Made by a program: the position numbers and the translations under genes | Notes under the pieces: generated by a model | Databases searched by the model: none | What the model was told of the DNA's origin: nothing | The model's input: only the letters and a program-made list of their open reading frames with translations | From: Bacillota bacterium | Lineage (GTDB): Bacteria > Bacillota > Sulfobacillia > Fermentithermobacillales > Fermentithermobacillaceae | Direction: 5' to 3' | Assembly (NCBI GenBank): GCA_040766225.1 | Contig: JAXGQX010000002.1 | Location: 8,790-72,789 of the forward strand | Length of the DNA stretch: 64,000 bases | In this document: piece by piece, positions 1-11,198 of the stretch | How positions within the stretch are numbered: the stretch's first letter is position 1 | Layout: each line of letters starts with the position of its first letter

Positions 1-93
1 TTCATGACCCGCTGATGTATGTTCTCGTACTCCGTTAGCAGGGCGGTAATGACCAGGTCAGCTTTCAGGTCAGTCGCGGTTTTGTCTTGGACC
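1..93 (-). CDS. N-terminal 31 codons of a gene running off the window start (MVQDKTATDLKADLVITALLTEYENIHQRVMN); hypothetical
   Basis: Reverse-strand ATG at 93 preceded by GGAGGAGGAAGG ribosome-binding site; open to the window edge. Confidence 0.35.
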
Positions 94-396
94 ATTAACC
101 TTCCTCCTCCAACGCTGCGGGCGCAAAAGGCTCGCATTCACTTCTTCAGCGCGCCCCTCTTTGGTTCCTCTTTGTGAGCGACTATGCTTAGAGCCCGTAC
201 GAGGCACTTTCCGTGTATGAGTTAGTACTAGTTAGTGAATTGGCTGCCCTTTCTGACAGGATGTCGGCTTCGGTGCGTCGAACCAGAATGCCATGGGAAT
301 CAGGAAGATGTCGGTCATCTCGCCACAATTAACCTGCTAGCCGAGAACCATATCCATGGCCCTTTTGGGCCGATAACGGAGAGGAGTGCTTCGTCA

Positions 397-1985
397 GTGA
401 GAGCAGTTCTGAGAGGCTCAACTGGAAGGTTTTTTGTCGCCTTTTTGGCCTTGCTCATGCTCATTACCCTGTTCCCCGCATGCGCGCCCCAGCCCGTAGC
501 GAAAGAACCCGACCCTCCCGACGACCCGGAATTCCCGGAAGAACCGAAAGGAGATCCGCCAGTGTATCTGCCAATCTCTTTGTCTTTACCTCAGTTGAGG
601 ATTTTGAAAACGGCGAGCATGAGAACACAGAGGTCATCCGTTGGGCAATGGCGCTGTCTCTCTCAAGGACGGAGCAGCCAAGTGGGAAGCTACACCTCGC
701 CTGTGTACGGTACCGATCCTTTCGAGTACATGATTCTCTCGTGGAACGCCGACACGCCGAAAGGAACCTACATAGAAATCGAAGGCCGCGTCTACGCGGG
801 CCCAGGCGACAACAGACAGTGGTCTAACTGGCTATCTTGGGGTTGTTGGAGCACCTCGGAGTTCACCGACGAGACGGGGAAGGTGAGGTTGGCCGGGTCC
901 GCTTCGGGGTCCAAGGCCGGCGATGCCATAGCCAGCGTCGATACCGACGAGTTGTATGTCAAAGGCAACTCAGGCGAAACCGCCGACAGGTTCCAGTATC
1001 GTGTAACTCTGCATGCCTTCGAAGGGACCGCACCGAAGGTCGCCCTCGTGGCAAGCACTATCAGGAACACACTGGCCGGGCAGGCGGTCGCTAGGGTATA
1101 CCCGGACGACGCGCCAGACCTCTCTACCTTGACAAGGACCTTGACGTGCTGATGTATTCCCAGATGCAGAGGTACATGAAGATCGCCAGTTCCATTTGCA
1201 GCCCGACGAGCGTGGCAATGGCGGTGAGTTATCACGGTGTGGATGTATCACCCGACGAGATGGCCTGGAGCGTCAACGACTACGGGGCCGATATGTTCGG
1301 CAACTGGCCGTTCAACACCGCCGCAGCCGCGAGCCACGGGTTCATGTCTACGTCGCTCTGTGGCGCGCCAAAGGACGGCGATCCATACGCGGTTAAGCAG
1401 GAAATCAACGACGGCAACCCCGTCGTGGTGAGCGTAAGGTACAGAAGGCCTACCTCCACGGCCAGCTATCCCGCTGTGGAGAGAACGTCCCCATTGACTA
1501 ACCGAGGCCACTTGGTCTTGGTCAGGGGCTTCACCTGGCAAGACGGCAGGGAGTACGTCATCGTTAACGACGCAGCCGCATCAAGGGGACGAGGATGTAA
1601 GGCGCCTTTACCCTGCTGATCAGTTTAATGACGCTTGGGTTAAGAAAGTGTATTACGTGATTCGCCCGGATGGGGCGAGATCTCCGAGCCGTGTGTGCAG
1701 CCCTACATCCCGGGAGTCCTAGTCAAGGTGGGGAGCCCGACAGCCGACGGCTACCAGAAGTTCGAGCTTCAGATTGACGGCACTCCCATCGATCTCAGCA
1801 CGGGGACTATGCGCAGCGCGGTCGTATCCTATAACGGTGAGAAAACCAAACCGCACAATCCGCGGGAGAAAGCTATGGCGGAATCCAACTATCTGTGGTT
1901 CAAGACCAACAACAAGCCGGGTGAGTACACATTCTGGTTTTTTGACATGAACAGGAATACGTACACGGCTGAACTAGAGTGGTAA
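397..1985 (+). pseudogene. Secreted C39-like (BtrH/YvpB-type, Peptidase_C39_2) cysteine peptidase; split into ORF pieces 235-1152, 1146-1619 and 1695-1985 by at least 2 frameshifts and one in-frame TGA at 1617
   Basis: N-terminal signal/lipoprotein-like segment FFVAFLALLMLITLFPAC. Middle piece has catalytic Cys context IASSICSPTSVAMAV and His context GHLVLVRGF, typical of C39-like peptidases. Adjacent frames carry protein-like sequence in the same orientation. Confidence 0.5.
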
Positions 1986-2263
1986 TCTGACGGTTGCAGG
2001 GCGAGACGGGGTATCGCCGCCGGAGTGAGGGCCGAAACCAAAACGGGCTAGGCTCCTTCGGGCGAATGCGATTTGGGCCGGTCAATTAGCCGGCCCTCAT
2101 CTTTGCGCCTTCGGCCCAGATCAGATCGGCGCAGCAGGCATCAACGCTTCCGTGGAGCTCAGGAACATGAGTCCAGATCCGGGAGTCTCATAAATGGAGA
2201 GGAAATCGAGAGTGATAGCCGCCCAACGGCCGCCAGAGATTCCCCGTAAGGAGGTTTGACTAG

Positions 2264-3241
2264 GTGACCAGCGATAACGGGTCGCTTGAAGCGTGCAGGT
2301 TCAAGGACATCGAACTCAGGCTCGCTGACGTGATAGCGAGAGCAGAGAACAAGAAGAGCCTGGAAAGGAAGCTACACCTCGCTCACAAGGAGCTGGAGTC
2401 GGAGAGGGCCAGGCTCGCGGGGTTGGCCGTGGAGATGGAACGCGAGCGAAAGGATGTCGCCCGTCTCGAGGGCATAAGCCTTGCAGGGCTTTTCCATGCG
2501 GTGCTCGGTGACCGGTCCGCTCGCATCGACAAGGACCGCGAGGAGTACCTGATTGCGAAGCTACACCATGACCAAGCCGAACAAGCGGTGACGCAGCTTG
2601 AGTCCGATGTCCGAAGCCTATCCGGCAGGGTGACCGCCTGCGGTAACCCTGACGCGGAGCTCAGTGGCCTTGTTAGGGAAAAAGAAGAGCTCCTTGTCGC
2701 GGAGGGAAGCCCAATCGCCTCAGCGCTGCTTGACATAGAGGAAGAGAAAGGCCGCGCTCAGGCCCTAAAACAGGAACTACACGAGGCCATCGCGGCCGGT
2801 GAGAACGTATGTGCCGGGCTCAAGGAAGTCCTCAACTCCCTGGGCAGCGCCCGCAATTGGGGGGTGTGGGATATGCTCGGAGGCGGCCTGATTGCCACGG
2901 CTGCGAAGCACTCTAGCTTGGATAGAGCCCGTGACCAAGTCCACCACGTCCAGGACCTCATGAACCGCTTCAGGAGAGAACTATCTGACGTGGCCGGCTC
3001 TTTGCCCAACTTGGAGATTGGAGGATTCGCCAGATTCGCCGACTACTTCTTTGACGGGCTTCTCGTCGATTGGATGGTGCAATCCAGGATCAACGAGAGC
3101 ACTGATAGGGTTCGTCAGCAACTTTCCAGCGTTGAGGCGGTGCTGAACTCTCTGCGAGCGAGATTGCGAGGGGCCGATTCGGTCCTTGCAGGGCTGGACG
3201 CCAAAAAACAGGCCATGCTATTGAAGCCAAGCGGGGAGTAG
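2264..3241 (+). CDS. Hypothetical coiled-coil protein, 325 aa
   Basis: Intact ORF with a Glu/Arg/Leu-rich heptad-like N-terminal half. No recognised family. Confidence 0.55.
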   Translation: MTSDNGSLEACRFKDIELRLADVIARAENKKSLERKLHLAHKELESERARLAGLAVEMERERKDVARLEGISLAGLFHAVLGDRSARIDKDREEYLIAKLHHDQAEQAVTQLESDVRSLSGRVTACGNPDAELSGLVREKEELLVAEGSPIASALLDIEEEKGRAQALKQELHEAIAAGENVCAGLKEVLNSLGSARNWGVWDMLGGGLIATAAKHSSLDRARDQVHHVQDLMNRFRRELSDVAGSLPNLEIGGFARFADYFFDGLLVDWMVQSRINESTDRVRQQLSSVEAVLNSLRARLRGADSVLAGLDAKKQAMLLKPSGE

Positions 3242-3252
3242 GTCCGACAACC

Positions 3253-4241
3253 TCAAAATAGCACTCTTACCGCCATCCCCAATCTGGACGCGCAAGACCA
3301 AACCGTGTCTCTCAGCCTGTCCAGGTATTCCGCCTGGCTTCTCGTGTACTCGCGCAACGCGCCGGCTGCCTCTGGAGGTGCGGTCTTCGAGAATCGGCTG
3401 ACCGACGCCGGATATGGGTTGAACCTGTCGACCATGACCCTCGACGCACCGGTGTCCTGGATGGCGCGCAGGATCCCAAGCATCGCCGGCTCCGAATCAG
3501 AGTGATGGGGGAGGACCGGGCTTACGAAAGCCCACGTCCTGATGCCTGCTTCCGAGAGCGCATTTAGCGCTGCAAGCCTCTGGTAGCGTTAGCTCCCGTT
3601 CGCAGAGTCTGCTGACTGGTCATCGGTTGATGTGATTGATAGTCCTACTTCGACAGACGGTATGTTCTGAAGCACATCGATGTCGCGTACAACCAAGTCC
3701 GACTTAGTCGGGACGGAATGGCTAAGATGGGGCAGGATACGGTCATCCAGAGTCAGGAAGAGCCCGGCATGCGAATCGGAAAGCTCGCTCGCCAAGACCT
3801 CCAGACATGCCCGAAGTGATCCGGTACTTTCGTTCCAGAGGTTGATGAGGGTCAGTGACGCTGGACATCACGATTTCAAAGGAAGCGTTGTCAGGTCGAG
3901 TCCTTCGCGGGGCACTCCGACGGGTGTTATTGTCGATGTTGTTGTCGGTGATGGTGTCGCTGGCCGGGTTGCCGGGACCCACGTCGGTCCGCGGTCTTGG
4001 TCAGTGCCTGTGGTTTCTTAGCCGCCCGTCGAAGGTCGGCCGCTAACGCGTCAGGGGCATTGACTTTCACATCCACCCATTGGCCCCAGGGCCTGTCGTG
4101 ACAGAGGAATTCTCGCCATGAAAGACGCATAGCAGTAGACGCAGTTGTGGGCACAACCGACGTATGGGTTTATGGCGTAGTCGGTAATCCCGGACTTGGT
4201 CAAAGCCGACTTGCACGATATCTCTGGACCGCCGGTTCCAT
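3253..4241 (-). pseudogene. SplB-like radical SAM protein (spore photoproduct lyase/DNA repair photolyase family, COG1533-like), at least 4 frameshifts
   Basis: Reverse-strand translation gives ...LTKSGITDYAINPYVGCAHNCVYCYASFMARIPLS, the family N-terminal CxxxCxxC signature, and a C-terminal piece LAALNALSEAGIRTWAFVSPVLP...MLGILRAIQDTGASRVMVDRFNPYP. ATG at 4241 with GGAAGGTG ribosome-binding site. Pieces lie in three frames. Confidence 0.55.
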
Positions 4242-5435
4242 GGGGTTCACACCTTCCGCTTCTTGATCTAACCCAAGTATACAGGGAACCGCGCGCAGTC
4301 GCTGAAGTCTACACCCGCGGCCAGGAGAGAGCGCGAGAACATCGTGGCTAAGCGCGGCGATAGGGCGGGTCTGATTGCTCTGTGTAGATAAGTGTAGGTG
4401 GGGGAAAGAACGTGAGTAGTAATGAGCCTCAACCCAAAGCACCGGCTCCCTCCGCATGCCCTGCTAGATAAAACTCCGACGACTGACTCGCTGGATGGTA
4501 GTACGCCTATTTTGGCAACTGTGTGCGATAGCATCAGCGCCGTCGCGATGTGGTTAGCCATGGGGTCATCACCCGGTCTCACCTGCCCGATGGTGGACGC
4601 AACTTCGGCAACAACTGGCGGTATGGTCTTCTCTTGATGCTGTTGCCCGCGTGCCAACGCTGTTTCCAACTTTATCGAAGGGCTGCGCCGCCCTCTCACA
4701 CTCTCTCTGGCAACTGTCATTGTCATGCTGACAGCCGGAGAATTGGACACTCTCGCTGCCATTTGGCGGGTATGACTTCTATGCGAAAATCGGACTCTAC
4801 TGGGTCTCGTTTCTTTCGGGCGTCGTTTTCGCGGTGGTGGTTCGCTTAGTGAGCGATAAGGAGCATGGAAGAGAAGCGTCGGCTCAGTGGCACGAAGCTT
4901 GCTGACTATAGTCTTCATCGTCCTCAGCGTGACGTTTGCGGGGGCGCAGCCGGGAGGGGTGATATCCTCGGTGAGGCGTGGCCTTCCCATTCCGCGAGCG
5001 CTGTGGACATGGAGCCTCTGGGGGTCAAAGTGCCTGTATGAGGCGACCGCTCCGGGCAGCTACGTTGCCGTGCAGCCAGCATCCTCAGCTAACGGCAAGG
5101 CTCACTACGATCCTCCTGCTAGCTTCCTTCAGCGACCGGTGGGCTATCATCGATCAATAGCGGGACCGCGCATGAGTTCAGCCTTCTGCCGGCGATCACA
5201 GGGGCTCTTCCCGAATCCGATCGCCCTCGGGGTGAGGCTGTGAAAGGCAGATTCCAGGACATGCGAATTCCAGTGATCTGAATGGTTCGGATAGCCAGAT
5301 GCCGAAACCTCCGTCACCGCCCTCGGACTAGCGGCGCTTACGTTCCCTGAACGCATAGATCTGCGTGGGGTCGAGTTTGTAGTTGACATCAGTCTCGGCG
5401 AAAGACGAGCAAACGTCGTCGCCAGAAGCGCGCAC

Positions 5436-5765
5436 GTGGGATATGAGGTGTTCGGGAGCAACAAAATGGTGATCGAGGGGCTGCTGACTCTGGATGACAT
5501 AATGCTTGAAGTCCCGGGGAAAGAACTCCGGCTCATCGGGGACAGGAAAGGGGTCAGTCTACTGCAATCTGACCTGACTGTCTGGCGGCTGAAGATCGCG
5601 GTATCCCCGGTTGGGCTGAACCGAAGGTTCATCGCGTGGGCAAGGCCAACCGGCACCGGAGGCGTCGTGTTCGCGGTCGAACGTATGGAATGGAAGGACA
5701 TTAGCCGCCGCGGTTCCGGTCCCGGATATCAGGTCTATACCGTGTACTATGTAGGCCCTGTCTAG
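5436..5765 (+). CDS. Hypothetical protein, 109 aa, GTG start
   Basis: Strong G/C preference at codon third positions in this frame, unlike neighbouring S/T/R-rich shadow ORFs. No family recognised. Confidence 0.3.
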   Translation: MGYEVFGSNKMVIEGLLTLDDIMLEVPGKELRLIGDRKGVSLLQSDLTVWRLKIAVSPVGLNRRFIAWARPTGTGGVVFAVERMEWKDISRRGSGPGYQVYTVYYVGPV

Positions 5766-6599
5766 ATTGGGCGGCCTGAGATAGCTGCCTTGCTAAGACA
5801 AGAGCAATGGGAGGAGATACCCTTGGAACCTAACGAGTTGCTGATAAGGTTCAAGCAGTTCCGAAGTGCGTCATGGTATTGCTGCTACGCTCCTGGTTTT
5901 GGGAGTCGTCGCCTCGGTCGCGGTTTTGTGAAACTGCGTGCCCTCGAAAACCGACCGGTCTACGTGAGCTGTTCGGGCTCTTCATATAGCGGTCCGCGGG
6001 CAGACGGGATCGCGAGTTCGGACTTGGACCCCGCTTTGGATCTCGCGGGAGCAAGGCCTCGCCAGCGTCAGTTTCACGTTCAGACTTGCCAGCAAGATCG
6101 GGCTCAGGAGTTGAAGCTGCCTATAAAGGCTCGAAGGACAGGACGTGTGGCAGACTGCCCCCATGAAGGCCGACCGGGATGAGCCTCTTACGCCTGCAGC
6201 ATCTGTCCCCATGGACGTCAACAGTTCGAGTACAGGCTTGAGCAGGTAATCGGAGGCGAGATAGTACGCGTCCCGTAGGGACTCAGGTGGCAGCTCTGGT
6301 CGGCAACGGGGACGGCTACGTCCATCTCTTCCCGCAAAGCGACAAATCCGGGGAGTTGCGGAGTGTCGCAGCACCCGTATTCCAAGATCAATGCTCTCCA
6401 AATCGACCGGGGTCCGGCTTAAAGGTCAACAGGGCGGGACAGAAGCAGCCGAAGAACATGTTCTCAAGGATGAAGACGGGAAAGGGCAGTCAAATGCTCA
6501 GGCTATACCTGAACCCTGACGGGATTAGGGATGTGGATGTGACGGTGGTTTACAAAGACAGGGTGTCCCCGCGAGCTGCCTGTGATGTGAAGCTTGGTG

Positions 6600-6937
6600 C
6601 CATGATTATCCTCACATGCACCGGATTCTCGCCATAGTTTTCTTGGCGTTTACCCACTCGACTATGTCGTGCACCAGGTTTGAGCCGCCTCCCATGAAGA
6701 GGCCTGTGATGGCCGGGCCCACCGGGCGCCACTGGGCTGATGCCGAACATCGCGAAGAAGTCCAATCCGGAGCCGTAGGCGAGGAATAGGGAAAGCGCCA
6801 TCGCCAAGAGCGTCGGGACCTGGATCCCTAAGACTCTCTTTTTGTCCAGTGCGGGCAGGACGTTCATGACAAGTTCGACTAGGCGCTCGACCGCGAGGCC
6901 AGACCCATGTAGCCAGTAATCCACTGGCGGTGTTCAT
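6600..6937 (-). pseudogene. Small membrane protein, frameshifted (at least 2x); weak resemblance to the DUF378 family
   Basis: GGAAAGGAGGG ribosome-binding site then ATG at 6937. Hydrophobic segments ALDKKRVLGIQVPTLLAMALSLFLAYGSGLDFFAMFGIS and FMGGGSNLVHDIVEWVNAKK lie in different frames. Confidence 0.3.
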
Positions 6938-7199
6938 AGAGATGCCCTCCTTTCCGGGTAACTGCGCCTCAGGCCTATTGCCGTGGAGGTAGGGAGCGGA
7001 CTTAGGAACCGCCTAAGAACCGCCAAACTTCAGCCTAGCGAAACCGCCGTGTAGCGATTCGATTAACGTAATGTATGACTTGGATGGGCAAAACGTGATG
7101 TCAAGAGGTGGTAATTGGCAGGATTTCAGCCTATCTCGGCATATGTAATCCGGTGTGCTTCTACAGAACGCTTTCGAGAACGAAAGGGAGTACTGAGAA

Positions 7200-8830
7200 G
7201 TGGAGCAGGAGATGAGGGATTCCGGCATCGAGCAGCTGGGCGGCGTGCCGTGGGGCTTCACGTTTGCCACTTTTATGAGTCAAAGACGGAACTGCTTGAA
7301 TCCTCGTGCCCTATACGGAGCGGGGCTCAAGAACAACGAGTGCTGCGTATGGGTTTGCTCTGAGCCGGTTTGCGAAGGGAAGCGCTCGCAGCTCTGCGTG
7401 AGGCAGTGCCCGGCCTCGATCCTTCATAGAAACCGGGCAACTGGAGGTACTTCAGTTCGATGGTTGGTATCTCCGGCCCGGCGGGGGCTTAGAGCCTGAA
7501 AACGTTCTCTGCAAATGGAAGCAGAAACTCGCCCAAGCCATCTCCGCAGGATACCAGGGTATTCGAGTAGCGGGGAACACGTCATGGGTGGAAAATGAGA
7601 TATGGAGGAGTTCACAGAGTACGAAGGGCGCATCTCCGGAGCGATAGGAAAAGACAACATCTTGGTCATGTGCTCTTACCCTTGCTCAATGAGAGAGGCT
7701 CCGCAGGTTGTAGATGTGGTCAAGAATCACCAAGCATGCTCTTGTTCGAAGCGAACTCGGCTGGGACCTCGTTGAATGCGGACGGTACTGGGAGCGCGAA
7801 TGGGGAGTCCCTTTCGACGAGATCGAAGAGGAATTCTGGTTAATGGGCGGCGAAGGGGAGATCCTGGCTGCTAACCGGGTCCTGCTGGATTGCTTCCGCG
7901 TTAAGGGCATGCGAGACCTTGGTAAGGACCTTGACGAAGCCTTTGCAGCCAAATTCGAAGTTGCGTCCCGACATTCTGACGACCGTCTCTCCCTGTTGGA
8001 AGTATTGGGGGCCGGCAATGGCCGCAGCAATTGGCTCGCCACCATACCCGAGGTGCGAGAAAGCATCGAATTGTCTATCCGCGCTCGCACTGTCCGTGCC
8101 ACCTCATACGTCTCCACTCGCTACCTTCTGCTGATCCACGACGTAAGCGGAGATCCGCCGCTTGGGCGGATGAAAGACCGGTTTGTGCAAGTCATGGGGC
8201 ACGAGTTGAAGAACCCTATTCAGGTGATGAAGGCCCTGGTGCCTCTCCTAAATATGATGGAGTCCCCCGAGATTTCAACCATCCGTCGCTACGCCAAGAT
8301 GCTGAACGCGCAGATCACGCAGCTTTCATCCCTCATCGAGGACCTGCTGACGGCTTTGCGCGTCGGAAGGCAGCCAACTACTTACTTTGAAGTCCGACCG
8401 ATCTCGTGAATCTGGTCAGCGAGCGGGGCCAATTCCCAGGTGTCGACGAAGGGTCACGAGGTTATCCAGCTGTTCACCACAAATGAAGAGCTCCCGTATT
8501 TGTGGACGGGAGGCGCGCCCGTGGGATTCTCGCCAACGTGTTCCGGGAACGCGGTGAAGTACTCTCCCGAGCACGGATTTGGATAGACATTAGGGTGCAA
8601 TCAGGTTCTGCGCTGGTCATCATCGAGGACGAAGGCGTCGGCATTCCGGATAGTGAACTGGAACTGGTTTTCAGGCGTTCTACCGCGGATCAAATACCGA
8701 TCAGACTGACGTCGACGGTGTGGGAATTGGGCTATTCATCAGCAAGAAAGTGGCTCGTCAACACGGAGGCGACCTTTGGGCGGAGCAGCGAGAAGGCGGC
8801 GGCACACGAACCATCTTGAGGCTTCCTCTC
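7200..8830 (+). pseudogene. MEDS-domain sensor histidine kinase, at least 4 frameshifts
   Basis: MEDS-like N-terminus (HVCHFYESKTELLESS...GLKNNECCVWV...NILVMCSYP). HisKA H-box VMGHELKNPIQVM in frame of 7714-8409. HATPase N/G1 box IEDEGVGIPDSELELVFRR in the 8502 frame. G2 box GIGLFISKKVARQHGGDLWAE in the 8720 frame. Confidence 0.6.
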
Positions 8831-9020
8831 TTGGAGGACCCAGCCGACCTGGCTCCGCGACTTTGGGGGGCTAGTCTATCGACGTGGGAAGTCTTGGCGT
8901 CTTATTGCCGGGAAAATGCCAAGGACAGGGTATCGAGAGGGAACACAGCGCCGCCATCGTCGTCTATACGGGTGGCGCGGCTCCTTGCGCCGTAAGTTCT
9001 GACACAAGGAGGTTTCTACC

Positions 9021-10290
9021 ATGCCGACGTCTCTTAGCCGGAATCTCGGTGATCGCGCTATCACGCGTATTGCTCTGCATTCTCGTCTGCGCCCTCAGTG
9101 TCCTCGCGCTCGCAGGCTGCGCGACGAAGCCCAACCCTGTCAATGCTACCCCAGCTAAGAACACGGTCTCTTTCGCAAAGAGGAGCGCTTCCTTTGGAAT
9201 TGACCTGTTCAAGTCCATCTACGACCCCGCCGACTCCATGAATATCGTTATGTCGCCGTTCAGCGTAACCGAAGCGCTGGCGATGGCCCTAAACGGCGCG
9301 TCAGGCGAGACATTGGAGGACATGAGCCGCGTCCTCAACTTCGGAGACTTGACGATCCCGGAGATGAACGCCGCCAGTGAGGAACTCTGCGCCATATTGA
9401 TGGGTTCTGACCCTACAAGGCAACTCCTCTTAGCCAACTCAGTCTGGCTTCGGGATGGCTACCCTTTTGATAAGGACTTCATCAATTCAGTGGAAGAGGC
9501 GTTCGAGGCGGAGGCACGCGTCCTGGATTTCACTTCTCCCAACTCTGTCCGAAAGGTCAACGATTGGGTGAAACAAAAGACCAAGGGCAAGATCGAATCC
9601 ATCCTGGACAGCATTGGCGTAAATGACCTGGCATACCTGGTAAACGCCATTTACCTGAAAGCCGATTGGTCAGACGAGTTTGACCCGAACAAGACAAGCG
9701 ACGCGCGCTTCTCCACGCCAACTTCGCAGGTGACGGTCAAGATGATGCGCAGAAAGGCTGAGTACGCGTATCTCTCTGGAGACGGGTTCCAGTCGGTTCG
9801 AATACCCTATGGCGGGGGCAGCACGGCCATGTACGTTTTCTTGCCTGACGAGGATGTGGGACTTGAAGGTTTCATTGAAGACATGGCCTCCCAGAACTGG
9901 GAGCGCTGGATGGAGAGCTACCAGAAAAAGACGGTCTCCTTGGGGATGCCGCGGTTCACCGGGAAATATGAGACGCTCATGAACGACGCTCTGAAATCTA
10001 TGGGAATGGATATCGCTTTCGACTGTGATCGGGCTGATTTCCGGGGAATGTCCTCAACGAAAGATCGGAACCCCGGCATATTCATCGGTAGGGTCATCCA
10101 CAAGGGTTTCATCTCCGTAGGGGAGAAAGGCACAGAGGCTGCCGCCGCGACCGGGGTGGTCATGGAAACTAAATCAATGCCCTTAGAACCTGAGTTGTCG
10201 GTGGTCTTGAACCGGCCGTTTTTCTACGTCATAAGAGACGATGTCACCGGAGCTGCGCTATTCATGGGGACGGTCGTGGATCCGAGTTAG
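9021..10290 (+). CDS. Serpin (serine protease inhibitor), predicted lipoprotein; 1-nt indel right after the start codon
   Basis: Serpin core motifs (NIVMSPFSVTEALAMALNGA, hinge GTEAAAATGVVME, C-terminal PFFYVIRD). AAGGAGG ribosome-binding site plus ATG at 9021 is in frame 0, while the signal peptide RRLLAGISVIALSRVLLCILVCALSVLALAGC (lipobox LAGC) is in frame 1 (ORF 8884-10290). Confidence 0.8.
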
Positions 10291-10367
10291 ACGGGGATTT
10301 GCTGTCGCAACCCCGTGACACTTGCCCAGGTGTGGATCCGAGCACGTGAAGGGAGGGCAGCCTTAAA

Positions 10368-11198
10368 ATGGGAGGAAACCCGGATACCGAGTCGAAACAC
10401 GCGGGCGAATCAACGCGCGGGCGCATCCTCAAGATGAGGCTGGGCGTGAACCCGAACTCGAGCGGCCACGGAATGCTTTTTGGATCCATGTTTTTCATCC
10501 CTTACTCAGTGCTGTCTTCAATCTTGGCCAATGCGGTGATCTCCAACCTCGATGATGCGCTGGTTTCCTACCGCGATGCCCGATCTCTGCCGTCACGCGG
10601 AGACCGCGCCCTTACGACGGCCGTATGGACTTTGGCGTGGGCGGGCTTTGTCGCGATCTGGGCTGTGCTCCTGTCGTCGATGATCTTGATTAAGGCTCCG
10701 ATATGGGGTTGGGTACTGCTAGGCGCTGCCGCGACGCTTCCCATCGCCTTCTTGGCTTACCGCGCCGCGGTCAATCCGGCTGTGGTCCTTCTGGCCAAGC
10801 GCTCTCTAAAGCCGTGTCTCTGGGGTCTCGTCCTTGGCATTTTCACGGTGCAGGTGTTTGACCCGAGCGCGAGAGATGATCTGTTGGCCGTGATTCTACC
10901 GTACGGCTACGCTGCGCCGCTTGCTATTGTGCTCGCTGCGGGTGCAGCCAGAGCGGCAGGGATTATCCGCCGAGTCGCAAACCTGTCGATTGCCTGCATA
11001 GCCTACGTGATGGTTGGACTCGTCTTGGTTTTCCCGATGCCGCCAATCTCCAGGACTGCCTATAATCCCGTTAGCTTGTTCTTCCCGTTCTGGGGTCTCG
11101 GTGTTCCCTGGGCCGTGGCGATATTATCCCTCATGAGGTTAACGATGACCGTTGCTGTCGGCCCTGATGCGTCCGAGACCGTAGACCCCCTGCCGTGA
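10368..11198 (+). CDS. Polytopic integral membrane protein (about 7 TM), unknown family
   Basis: GAAGGGAGGG ribosome-binding site; hydrophobic helices throughout; stop overlaps the start of the next gene (GTGA), indicating translational coupling. Confidence 0.6.
   Translation: MGGNPDTESKHAGESTRGRILKMRLGVNPNSSGHGMLFGSMFFIPYSVLSSILANAVISNLDDALVSYRDARSLPSRGDRALTTAVWTLAWAGFVAIWAVLLSSMILIKAPIWGWVLLGAAATLPIAFLAYRAAVNPAVVLLAKRSLKPCLWGLVLGIFTVQVFDPSARDDLLAVILPYGYAAPLAIVLAAGAARAAGIIRRVANLSIACIAYVMVGLVLVFPMPPISRTAYNPVSLFFPFWGLGVPWAVAILSLMRLTMTVAVGPDASETVDPLP

Noticed and set aside
4268-5701. Long reverse-strand ORFs 4268-4990 (240 aa) and 5147-5701 (184 aa)
   Set aside because: Ser/Thr/Arg/Pro-rich low-complexity translations typical of out-of-frame shadow ORFs in high-GC DNA. 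No start context.
5790-6182. 130-aa ORF as a gene
   Set aside because: Poor G/C bias at codon third positions and no ribosome-binding site. Likely non-coding or the wrong frame of a disrupted gene.
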